Of a stretch of 64,000 nt of DNA, positions 52,965 through 64,000 are shown in pieces. The translations under genes were made by a program, and so were the position numbers. Source of the stretch: Sminthopsis crassicaudata. Taxonomy: Eukaryota. How positions within the stretch are numbered: the first letter of the stretch is position 1; the number at the start of each line of letters is the position of its first letter. Location: assembly GCF_048593235.1 (NCBI RefSeq), contig NC_133619.1, forward strand, positions 121,658,454-121,722,453, given 5' to 3'. Below the pieces are notes generated by a model, which was given only the letters and a program-made list of their open reading frames with translations, was not told the DNA's origin and did not search any database.

Positions 52965-53004
<40 letters not shown>
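52965..53004. repeat. (TA)n microsatellite
   Basis: Direct sequence. Confidence 0.97.
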
Positions 53005-53006
<2 letters not shown>

Positions 53007-53009
53007 CTG

Positions 53010-53300
53010 CTTTCCTCTGGAGAGCAAAACTAATAGAAATCGTTTTCAGATAGGCCCATTTCAGCTTGGTGCTAAAAAAAATTGGCAAACAATGAGATAT
53101 TTCCTAAAATGTAGTGGGCAGAAAATTATTGCAAATAGGTCAATTAAAACTTGGTGCTAAAAAAAAAAAGCCAAAGAAATGAGAGATTTCTTAAAATGAA
53201 GTGAGCTAGCTCTAAAAGTAGTGAGTTCCTCATTAATGAAGGATGATGGATGACCACTTGCATTATCATAATTTAGAGAGGATTCCTATTGAGGTTTAGG
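53010..53300 (+). mobile_element. CR1/L3 (MIR3-like) 3' end with an internal duplication
   Basis: tttcagcttgg...gtagtgagttcc...ggatgaccacttg...agagaggattcc. The cttggtgctaaaaaaa block occurs twice, ~84 nt apart. Confidence 0.6.
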
Positions 53301-55254
53301 ATGATCTATGTATTTTTTTTTTTTACCCATCATGAGTTTTTTGTTTCTCTTTTTAAATTATTATTTCTTTCCTGCTCTTTCTTTTTTATCATGGGTGATA
53401 GAAATAGTTTGAAGTTATTATTCTACTATTATTCTTTTGTATCAAAAATGTTCTCTAACTTCCCTCCTTATTTTTCCATCCCTTTCCCCATCATGCCAAA
53501 AGAATTGGCAAAAGTCTACATAAAATTGGAGCTTTTCATTTGCCCACATTTCTGTCCTAAAGGGTGCCTTATTTAAAATGATATGGTCATAGGTTTAGAA
53601 CAGACAATGACACTGGAGACTATAATGTCAAACTTCTTTATTTTACAGATGAGAAAACTGAGATGGGAAAAGATTAAATGTCTTGAGAAGTGTCACACAG
53701 ATCTTAAATGTTTGAGGCAGGCAGGATTTGAACCTAAGTCTTCCTACCTCCCAATTAAATACTCAATTTAATGTGCTATATTGTCACTCACATTGAATCA
53801 TTAGTAGCCTCAGCTGTTAGTGAGATTGATGAATTAGTATCTTCTCTTCTCTGTATATATAACCCTAAGAATAACTGACCAGCTCATGTGGCTTTATTTA
53901 TTATCTTTCTTTCTTTGTAGAAAATAGTTCTTATATAGCTCTTCTTTCATTAAAATTAAACCTCTTAAGAATTTTATTGGCTTTTTTTTTTTTTTTCATC
54001 AGCCCATTACAGAGGAAGGCAATTTCATTTCTCATCAAGTAAATAGGTAGAGTTTAAAATTTAGCTCCACCCAGTCTGGATAAGCAAGTTGAATGGTTGA
54101 TCAAAACCTGATGTAATTGGTAGGCTGGGTTCACTAATCTTTCATCCAGAAGAATTATATAAAGTACTTTGCATGGAATAGATGCCTTTTATATAATATC
54201 ACCTTTGAATGCATAAGAATTGCAAAAATATATCTCTTACACTGTATGCCAAAAGTTATTGCTCACTAATGTATATAATGTATTTGGCTGAAGTTGTTTT
54301 AGTACATTCTTTTAATAGATAATGACAAGCTTCAAAACAAGAGTTATTATTATCTCTTTTCCCTTTCACAAGCCCCCCCCAAAAAAAATTAGTTTTGTCA
54401 TAGTTTAATGGGAAAAAACTATCTAAATAGACAAAACAAAGTAGAGATGCTTCTATTTCTTCCTGATTCTCAATAACCTGAATATAGTACTCTACATGTA
54501 TGTCTTTAGCATCACATGGTTCCATGGAAGATGGGGACCAAGTAGAAATGTAGCAGCAGAAGAAGAAAATTCAGAATCCTTGGGTGGATTTAGCATGGAC
54601 ATATTTGAAAGTTATCCCCAGAGACCATGAAATCTGACCTATTTATGACCCTATCCTTCCAAAATGGACCACTCAACTCCCTATGAAAATGTGAAGAACT
54701 TTCTTGCTTCTATGCTTCTGGCTGTGCCATTTCTCATATCTTAAATCTCCTACTGCCATTTCCCTCTTTTGAAATCTGTTTCAAGGCCTACTTTAAATGT
54801 TACCTCCTCCTTGAAGCCTTCTTTGTCTTCCAAGTAAGAATTTTTCCCCCTTCGGACTCCAAATAATTATTCATATAATTTTAAAATCATATTGCTTATA
54901 TTATAGGTATAATATTTATTACATAGTATTTCAAATATATATTTGTATATATATATACATATATATAATATATATATGCAAGACATATAAATAAAATTGT
55001 TACAGTTCAAAAAACCTCTTTTTTTCTTAAGCTAATCCATCTCATGGCATGTTATCTTTGCCCTAGATCTATCCTTCCTTTCTATTCTTAATGGTTGTAC
55101 TCTTCTGGAATCTTCCACTAACAGTAAATAGAGAGGCTGGCTTGGAACTGGAAGATTTCAGTTCAAATCCAATCTTAGACACTTATTAACTGTGTGATCC
55201 TGGGCCAGTCACTTAAATTCTGTTTTAGTAAAATATATTGGTTATTTTGATTTT

Positions 55255-55700
55255 TTTCTCAATTACACATGAACAAAATTTTTTTTTAACATTTTTTTTT
55301 TAAATTTTGAGTTCCAGATCATTCTTCCCTTCTGGTCATCCCTCCTCTTTGAGAAGTAAAGGAATTTGACATAAACTATACATGGACAATCATTCCCAAC
55401 ATTTTCACATTTGTCATGTTGTAAAAGAAAATGCAGGGGAATTTTCTCCAAGAATACTAAAGTTTTTTTCTTTAAGTATGTTTCAATCTATATTAAGACT
55501 CCATCATTTTGTTCACTGGAAGAGGAGAACATTTTTTTTTCATAAGCCCTTTGGATCATTTTCTTGCTGAGAATAGCTAAGTCATTTTCAGCTAATCACT
55601 GCCACAATATTGCTATTGCTGTGTATAATGTTCTCTTGGTTTTGCTCTTTTTACTTATCAGTACATGTAAGTCTTTCCAGGTTTTCCTGAAAGTCTTCTG
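55255..55700 (-). mobile_element. Old L1 3' end
   Basis: Antisense 3' UTR/ORF2 end (ttttaaattttgagttcc...tgtataatgttctcttggttttgctc). Confidence 0.75.
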
Positions 55701-56814
55701 TTTCACATTTAAAAAAAATTTTTTTGCATTTTTCCTTAAAGCCATTAGTTTCATAGACATGATGGACATTTTTAAAAATAAAGACATGTGGAAAACTTAT
55801 ATGTAATCACAGTTTTCATAGTGTAGACAAACTAACCAGATAGCGAGCTGTACTATTAAGATTGCCTTCATACCATCTTGGTACTTTCTCAACAGTTGCC
55901 TAGGTTACAGATAAGCTAAGTGTTTATTTAAGCTGATGATTGTTGGATACAGTGCTGCAGAATTGTAAGAAAGGGGTAACTAATAGTCTTCTCCTTCCTT
56001 TTTACTTTCTCCTTGAACAGAATCCACACCAATCTCCTCATAATCTTTCTCCAGGGCAGCCATATCCTCCTGTGCCTCAGAGAATTCTCCTTCCTCCATG
56101 CCTTCCCCTACACATAAACTTGGCCAACGTGAATAAAGATGCACTCATGCCTGGTGGTCAGTGGGTGAAGCAGTGATTACAATAGAAGAAGCAGGGATTC
56201 CTGGATTCTCATTACAGCCCTTGACAAGCTAAGAGTCAAGGTAAATAACACACTCTTCTTCATCATTTCTTACACGACAGTAGCATTCTATCACAATAGT
56301 ATACCATAATTTGTTCAGTTATTTCCCCAGTTCATGGATATTCCTTAATTTCCAATTCTTTGCCACCAAAAAAGGAAAAAAAAAAAGAACTATAATAAAA
56401 ATTTTTGTACATGCAGGTCATTTTCCTTTTTCTTTGATCTCTTCGGGGTACAATCTATTAGTGGTATTGCTGTGTGGAAGAATACATAGAGTTTTATAGT
56501 CCTCCTGGCATGGTTTCAAATCAATATTTAATCTGTTTGCCTCCGTTTTCTTATCAGTAAAATAAGGCTAATAATAATACCTACCTCCCACTGAAGTTAT
56601 GAGGATAAAATGAGATAATAACTGAAAAGTGCTTAGAACCTTCTGGCATATAGGAAGTGAGATATAAAAGTTAGATGTGCTTGTTCCATGTTTTTTTAAA
56701 ATAATAGTTTATTGAAATACATTGCTTCTCCATCACTTTCTCCTCCCTCCCATGCCTTATTAAAAAAATAAATAAAGAAAAAATAGTTTGACAAAACTAA
56801 TCAATATATTTTTA

Positions 56815-56816
<2 letters not shown>

Positions 56817-56846
<30 letters not shown>
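56817..56846. repeat. (CA)n microsatellite
   Basis: Direct sequence. Confidence 0.95.
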
Positions 56847-56851
<5 letters not shown>

Positions 56852-58484
56852 TAGCAGATGGTGATTAGCTAGCTTTCTTTAAACAATGACATTATAGGAC
56901 ACTTGAATTACAAGTCTAGTCCAAGATATTCCACACAAATTAGGCACTCAATAAATATTTATTGAATAACTATAACTACTTTATTTTCTTTTATTGGATA
57001 AAATTGATTTTTCAGTTATATGAATATCACTGAACTAAGACCTAATTTAGAATCAGTATATGGATACTCATTTTTCCTTCCAAGCACTTCCCTGATAAGG
57101 TAGAGAAAAGGTAGCTCAGAGCTGTCCACTTAGATAAGAAATAAACTATTTTATTCTGCTTTATTTGGTTTTTCTTTCATTTTTCATCAGTGGTACTTTC
57201 CCTGCTTATTTAATTGTTTCAGTCTGTTTTCTAGCTCTTTCATTTTATAGTCAAATAGAAACTTGACTCAATATCTGGGCAAATGCTGCTGCTCAGATCT
57301 GAAGGTGTCTCATGGGACCAGCACTGAGTCACACAAATAGACAGGAAGTTAAAGCTTTCCAACACTTTGGTCACAAAGGAGGACATTAAGACTCCACCAC
57401 GTTTCTGGATAGCAATTTTCCCAGCAGAAGCAGATATAATGGCTCAGTCACATAATCATCTAATAACTTTAGCCAAGATTAAATCTTATAGTCTACTTTA
57501 AGAGTGAGGAAGGAATCATTGCGTAATCCAGACTCATTTCCGTTTTATATCTGTCCCTGGTTCTCATTCCTTTTATCATGCCTCTTTCATGACTTTCATC
57601 CTTTCTTTTTGATTCAGTAGGACAGTAATCCATGCCATGCATTATTTTCTCAGGAGCATAGTTTAATTCAAGGAACTGTGACCCTATTTGCCCTCTCTGA
57701 CAACAACCCTTCCACATGCATAAAATACAGCATTGGAGAACATGGCAGGTGTGTGATCCTATTTTATAGAATATTGGAGCTACAAAGTTGATCTTAGAGA
57801 ACATTTAGTTCATCCTCTCCTTTTTATAGATGAAGAATTCAGTGACAAATTTGTTATGCTATAGAATATTCTGTCATCACCTGAACTCTGGTAAAATCTG
57901 TGAGTGAAGTGTAAAAGTCCTTAGTGACAGACGAGGACGAATTCTTTCTTTGATTTATTTTAGGCCTGAACTTTTGAATGACAGGAACACAATAAAATCT
58001 AATGCCTTTTACTTTGGAGAGAGTTGTGAGAGATCCTCTGAATTATTAAGTCATACAGGCTTACTTGCACAAGCTTTAATATCAAAGTAAAGAAATTTCT
58101 CAAACACATTTTGTTTTTTATCATTGTAATTTTTTTTGAAGACAAATATATTTGCATGAGATTCATGCTAGAATCTTTTTTTAATACTGTGGAACTCTTT
58201 TTCTCAATAAAAAGAAAAACAATAGCTTTCATGCCATCTTAGAGTTATATTACTAAGCATAACCAGGAAATCATTATAGGGGTCCTTTAGAATTATACTA
58301 GGGTTTGTTTTCTTACAAACCCTGTAATAATTCCCATTTATTTATAGTCATCCATGATTATGGTCACCTTCTATACCCAATTCTGATCAGTGCTCTGCTC
58401 TCTATCTCTTAAACTCTATGTGAATTTGCACATTATTCTGTAAGGATTTCCAAGTCATTCTCTATGTCTTAACTGGATATCATT

Positions 58485-58486
<2 letters not shown>

Positions 58487-58533
<47 letters not shown>
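58487..58533. repeat. (CA)n microsatellite followed by A and T runs
   Basis: Direct sequence. Confidence 0.95.
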
Positions 58534-58538
<5 letters not shown>

Positions 58539-58770
58539 AAAAAACACAACTTTTTTTTTTTTCTCTTTGTCTCTCCACTGAGCTATAGCTCAGTGCTCTG
58601 AATAGAATGGGAACTTGGTCACCCTTGTTGAATGATCACTTGAATTCAGATATGGAATGGGTTTAGGAGCTACAAGATGGAATCTAAGATTGCTTAATCC
58701 CTGAACTCTAGTTTAACTCAGTAAACTTGGGTGGGTTAAGGGAGAATCTCTGGATAAGCAACTTCTAATT

Positions 58771-58989
58771 CAATGCTTCTCAAACATTTTGCTTTTAGGA
58801 TTCTTTTGCACTCTTAAAAAATATTGAGGATCCCTCTAAGAATTGTTGCTTATGAGGGTTAACTATTATATTAGAAATTAAAATATCTTAGTATTATTAT
58901 GAAAGTATTTTTTATTTCAGACTCCTCTTCCCCCTGAAAGGGTTTTAGGGACCCTCAGAAATCCCTGGACCATTATTTAAGATATGCTG
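58771..58989. mobile_element. hAT (Charlie-like) MITE
   Basis: Degenerate terminal inverted repeats caatgcttctcaaa ... tttaagatatgctg. Confidence 0.6.
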
Positions 58990-59029
58990 CTTTAATTATT
59001 ATTTTTTTAAAATCTGATCTTCAAGGAAA

Positions 59030-61790
59030 TATAATAAAGATTACAATACTACCTAAACTAATCTATTTATTTAATGCTATACCAATCAGACTCCCAAAAA
59101 ATGATTTTAATGACTTAGAAAAAATAACAAAATTCATGTGGAAGAACAAAAGGACAAGACTTTCAAGGGAACTTGAAATAAAATTATATTATAAAGCAGC
59201 GGTTACCAAAACCATTTGATATTGGCTAAGAAATAGACTAGTTGATCAGTAGAACAGGTTAGGTTCAAAGGACAAAATAGTCAATAACTTTAACAACCTA
59301 GTGTTTGACAAATCCAAAGACCCCAGCTTTTGGGATAAAAATTCACTGTTTGACAAAAACTGCTGGGAAAATTGGAAATTAATATGGCATAAACTAGGCA
59401 TTGACCCACACTTAACACCATATACCAAGATAAGGTCAAAATGGGCTCATGATTTAGGCATAAAAAATGAGATTATAAATAAATTAGAAGAACAAAAGAT
59501 AGTTTACCTCTCAGACCTGTGGAGGAGGAAGGAATTTGTGACCAAAGGAGAATTAGAGATCATTATTAATCACAAAATAGAAAATTTTGATTATATCAAA
59601 TTAAAAAGCTTTTGTACAGACAAAACTAATGCAGACAAGATTAGAAGGGAAACAATAAACTGGGAAAACATTTTTACAGTCAAAGGTTCTGACAAAGGCC
59701 TCATTTCCAAAATATATGGAGAATTGACTAATTTATACGAAATCAAGACATTCTCCAATTGATAAATGGTTAAAGGACATGAACAGACAATTAATTCTCA
59801 GATGAAGAAATTGAAACTATTTCTAGCCATATGAAAAGATGCTCCAAGTCATTATAAATCAGAGAAATGCAAATTAAGACAACTCTGAGATATCACTACA
59901 CACCTCTCAAATTGGCTAGGATGACAGGAAAAGATAATGGTGAATATTGGAGGGGATGTGGGAAAACTGGGACACTGATACATTGTTGGTGGAATTGTGA
60001 ATACTTCCAGCCATTATGGAGAGCAATTTGGAACTATGCTTAAAAAGTTATCAAACTGTGCATACCCTTTGATCTAGCAGTGTGACTACTGGGCTTATAT
60101 CCCAAAGAGATCTTAAAGAAGGGAAAGGGACCTGTATGTACAAAAATGTTTGTGGCAGCCCTCTTTGTAGTAGCCAGAAACTTTAAACTGAGTGGATGCC
60201 CCTCAATTGGAGAGTGGCTGACTAAATTGTGGAATATGATTGTTATGGAATATTATTGTTCTGTAAGAAAAGACCAGCAGCAAAGGATATAAACAGACAA
60301 TTTTCAGATGATGAAATTAAAACTATTTCCACTCATATAAAAGAGTGTTCCAAATCACTATTGATCAGAGAAATGCAAATTAATACAACTCTGAGATATC
60401 ATTACACACCTGTCAGATTGGCTAAGATGACAGGAACAAATAACGATGAATGTTGGAGGGGCTGTGGGAAAACTGGGACACTGATGCATTGTTGGTGGAG
60501 TTGTGAAAGAATCCAACCATTCTGGAGAGCAATCTGGAATTATGCCCCAAAAGTTATCAAAATGTGCATACCCTTTGACCCAGCCATACTACTACTGGGC
60601 TTATATCCCAAGGAAATACTAAAGAAGGGAAAGGGACCTGTATGTGCTAAAATGTTTGTGGCAGCCCTTTTCATAGTGGCTAGAAGCTGGAAGATGAATG
60701 GATGTCCATCAATTGGAGAATGGTTGGGTAAATTATGGTATATGAAGGTTATGGAATATTATTGTTCTGTAAGAAATGACCAACAGGAGAAATACAGAGA
60801 GGCTTGGAGAGACTTACATCAACTGATGCTGAGTGAAATGAGCAGAACCAGAAGATCATTATACACTTCAACAATGATACTGTATGAGGGTGTATACTGA
60901 TGGAAATGGATATCTTCAACATAGAGAAGAGCTAATCCAATTCCAATTGATCAATGATGGACAGAATCAGCTACATCCAGAAAAGGAACACTGGGAAATG
61001 AGTGTAAACTGTTATTTTTACCTTCTGAATCCAATTCTTCCTGTGCAACAAGAAATTCGGTTCTACACACATATATTATATCTAGAATATATTGTAATAT
61101 ATTTAACATGTATAAGACTGCCTGCCATCTGGGGGAGGGGGTTGGGGGAGGGAGGGAAAAAATCTGAACAGAAGTAAGTGCAAGGGATAATGTTGTAAAA
61201 AATTACCCATGCATATGTACTGTCAAAAAAAAAGTTATAATTACAAAATATTAAAAAAAAAAAAAGATATGACCAGCAGGATGATTTCAGAAAAGCCTAG
61301 AGAGATTTGTATGAACTGATGCTGAGTGAAAAGAGCAGAACCAGGAGATCATTATATACTTCAACAACAACACTGTATGATGATCAATTCTGATGAATGT
61401 GGCTCTCTTCAACAATGAGATGAACCAAATCAGTTCCATTTGTTCAATAATGAATAGAACCAGCTACACCCAGAGAAAGAACTCTGGGTAATGAGTGTGA
61501 ACTACTACATAGCATTTCCAATCCCTCTGTTTTTGTCTGCTTGCATTTTTTATTTCCCTCACAAAGAAAAGTTTGATTCTTCTTCTGTAGCAAAATAGCT
61601 GTATGGATATGTATACATATATTGTATTTAATATATACTTTGACATATTTAACATGTATTGGTCTACCTGCCATCTTGGGGAGGGGGTCAGAGGAAGGAG
61701 GGGAAAAATTGGAACAAAAGGTTTTGCAATTGTCAATGCTGAAAAATTACCCATGCATATATCTTGTAAATAAAAAGCTATTAAAAAAAA
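59030..61790 (+). mobile_element. L1 ORF2 3' half and 3' UTR (host pieces 59030-60280 and 61265-61790), split by a young L1
   Basis: ORF2-like translation (ORF 59301-59762), frameshifts, terminal AATAAA and A-tail. Confidence 0.93.
60281..61264 (+). mobile_element. Young 5'-truncated L1 (~984 bp) with an uninterrupted ORF2 C-terminal frame to the stop at 60900 and a degenerate 15-bp TSD
   Basis: agaaaagaccagcag (60266-60280) vs agatatgaccagcag (61265-61279). About 90% aa identity (my count, 19 differences in 187) to the copy at 29.5-30.5 kb. Confidence 0.93.
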
Positions 61791-62187
61791 TCTGACCTTG
61801 TGATTTCACTGGTGTAGAGGGCTTTTAAAGAGGAAAAGGCCCTCTACTAAATGAAGATAAACACTTATTTTGCAATATAATGTCTTACAGAGTTTGTTGG
61901 GACACGGAGAGGTTAAATAACTTGCTGAAGGCTTCCAATACAAGTTCTCAGAGGTGGTATTTATATCCATATATTTCTGACTCTAAGAGCAGTTCCCTGA
62001 TCACTATTCCAACCTAGTTCTCAATTGATTTATGCATAGAACCATTTACCTTAATTTTTCAGACTTGAGTTCTTTAAATTATGGAAGTTTTATGCCTTTC
62101 AAAGTTATTGGTTATTTTAGGAGCTTCCTATCCCACCCATTACAATTCCATCTCTTCTTTTTTGATTTGTCTGTATTTGCCCAGAGG

Positions 62188-62363
62188 AAGAGTTATTAAC
62201 CGTTTTTGAATGTGTCATGGACCCCTTTGGCACCTTCTGATAAAATTTATAGATACCATTTTTAGAATGTTGTTAATGTATAAAATATAACAAAGGAAAC
62301 CAATTTTATTGAGTTACTCAAATACTAACAGCAAAAAAGGTCTTGGAAAATTAAGAATACCTG
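62188..62363. mobile_element. hAT (Charlie-like) MITE
   Basis: gagttattaacc...gtcatggacccctttggca...ttaagaatacctg. Confidence 0.65.
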
Positions 62364-62914
62364 GCCTATAGACTATTATATACCCTAAAAATTATACTTC
62401 TTTTTGTTCAATCTGAACTGTCCTATTTTATAAGGTAAGTGTATAAGAGAACACTTTATATAAGTCCTCTTCCAGTGTCTCATTGGCAGATGATCCTGGT
62501 TGCTAAAAGGTGAAGATGACCCTGGTTGCTTGAAGGCCATATCAGCAGAATTTATACCTTTATAAAGGTGCCATGATGAATATAGTATTCTACAATAAAA
62601 ACTTAAGTGTAGAAAAGGTCATCCAGAAACCTGGTGAGTTCTTGCTATTCAAAGATCAGCCAAGGTAAATAGGTAGATATTTATCACCTGAGGCCACAGC
62701 AACTTGTAAAGACCATGAGGAAGAGATGGCTTTCTGCTTTGAAGGAAGGAGCACCCATATATATGAAACTGGATCCTTGATCTTTTGAAGCATCTATAAT
62801 TCTTTCCCTCAACTTCTACTTACTAGGGCCTTCCCTCATAAGATTACTTTTAATTTAGTGTGAATATATATCTTGCACGTATATCTTTTTGTTAAAACTT
62901 AAATTCATCTAAAG

Positions 62915-63088
62915 CAAGAGTGCTTAAATCTTCTTTGTCTCATAGCCCCCTGATAATCTGATGGATTCTTTCTCAGGATAATATATGTAGGAGCATAAAA
63001 TAAACACACAGGATTATAAAACCAGTTCTATTGAGGTAGAATTGTATATAGCCCCCCAAGTTCTTGAACTTCAGGTTAAGAACCTTTC
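62915..63088. mobile_element. hAT (Charlie-like) MITE, second related copy
   Basis: gagtgcttaaatc...ttctcaggataat...caggttaagaacc. Confidence 0.6.
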
Positions 63089-64000
63089 TAAAGGTCTTCT
63101 TTAAATAGGACTTTGCATACTTAAAAAAAAAAAAAAACTTTCTTTTTTCTTCTTTTCTTTTTTAATCTGTGTTTTCTTTCAAAAGTTTTAGTAACAACAA
63201 ATGGAATTCTTAGTTACCAAGCCAAATGAGAAGTATTTTTGTTTCCAAAAGGCAGAAGGTTCCGTTGGAATACTTTCATTCAGGGATACAGAAAACTAAG
63301 TATTATCATAAAAAGTTGCTGGGAGGAGAAACCTGTCTTTTTGCACAGCCTCCATCCTCTCCAGATTTCTGGCTTCTGAACTGGGCTCAGAAAGCTGTAT
63401 ATGAGTTCATTTGATTCCCAAGAGGCCATGACCAGATAGATCTGTCTGTTAGACAGATAGATCCACTATTCTTGTTCTGTCCTCTGAATTCTGTACAATG
63501 TAAAAGTTTAATAAATATTAATAAAAATAGAGCCTAAGTAAAATAGGGCAGTGATGACTTGAGACAGGACAGGTAGAATCCATTGCTATATGGGAGGTAC
63601 ATGACCCTGATGAGATTCAACAGGTCACAAAAGTACAAATGATGAATGTAGGAGAGAAGGATTGTCTGGAATAAATTCATAGGCTCAGGCCATTTCTAAA
63701 TTGAGGCAAATCTTTATTATTACCCCACAAGGCAGGCAAAGCTCCTAATGAACTAGCAATTACAAGGGTAAATGGGTAAATGTCAAGGGACAAGGTGGGT
63801 CTTTTTATTGGGAAAGGATGCAGAGCAAGTTTTTTTCTTTTTTTAACTATGTTAATTGTGTGCATCAGCAACTCAGTTGGTAGTCATGGTCATTCTATCA
63901 ATATAAAACAGCCTTGGAAGTTGACGTCTACAGCTTAATCTCCAGATTGTATAAGGCAACAGAGGGTTTCAGTACAAGATAGCTCTGTCTGTACATGATG

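Noticed and set aside
1-64000. CRISPR arrays, rRNA/tRNA genes, operon-like or prokaryotic defence systems, NUMTs, CpG-island promoter
   Set aside because: None seen. The sequence is CpG-poor mammalian DNA, and the tRNA-like boxes belong to SINE heads.

Overview
AT-rich, CpG-depleted marsupial nuclear DNA. The SINE and L1 types (WSINE1-like tRNA-derived SINEs and L1 3' UTRs) look dasyurid (Tasmanian devil-like), but that taxon call is inferred from repeat content only. The window is dominated by transposable-element relics: old and young L1s (two young copies nested in older L1s with clear target-site duplications), an RTE LINE with a fold-back inverted duplication at its 5' end, L2, CR1/L3, MIR-type SINEs, hAT-type MITEs, several solo LTRs, microsatellites and a 148-N assembly gap. 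I could not recognise any intact protein-coding gene, RNA gene or CpG-island promoter, so the window reads as intergenic or deep intronic. Most ORFs in the supplied track are L1/RTE fragments or chance frames. A few unique segments show exon-like or decayed-coding signals (9.8-10.2 kb, 16.6-18.0 kb, 25.8-26.2 kb, 49.7-50.3 kb). These are leads that need homology or RNA-seq checks. No novel system is demonstrated. Repeat boundaries are approximate unless a TSD is given.
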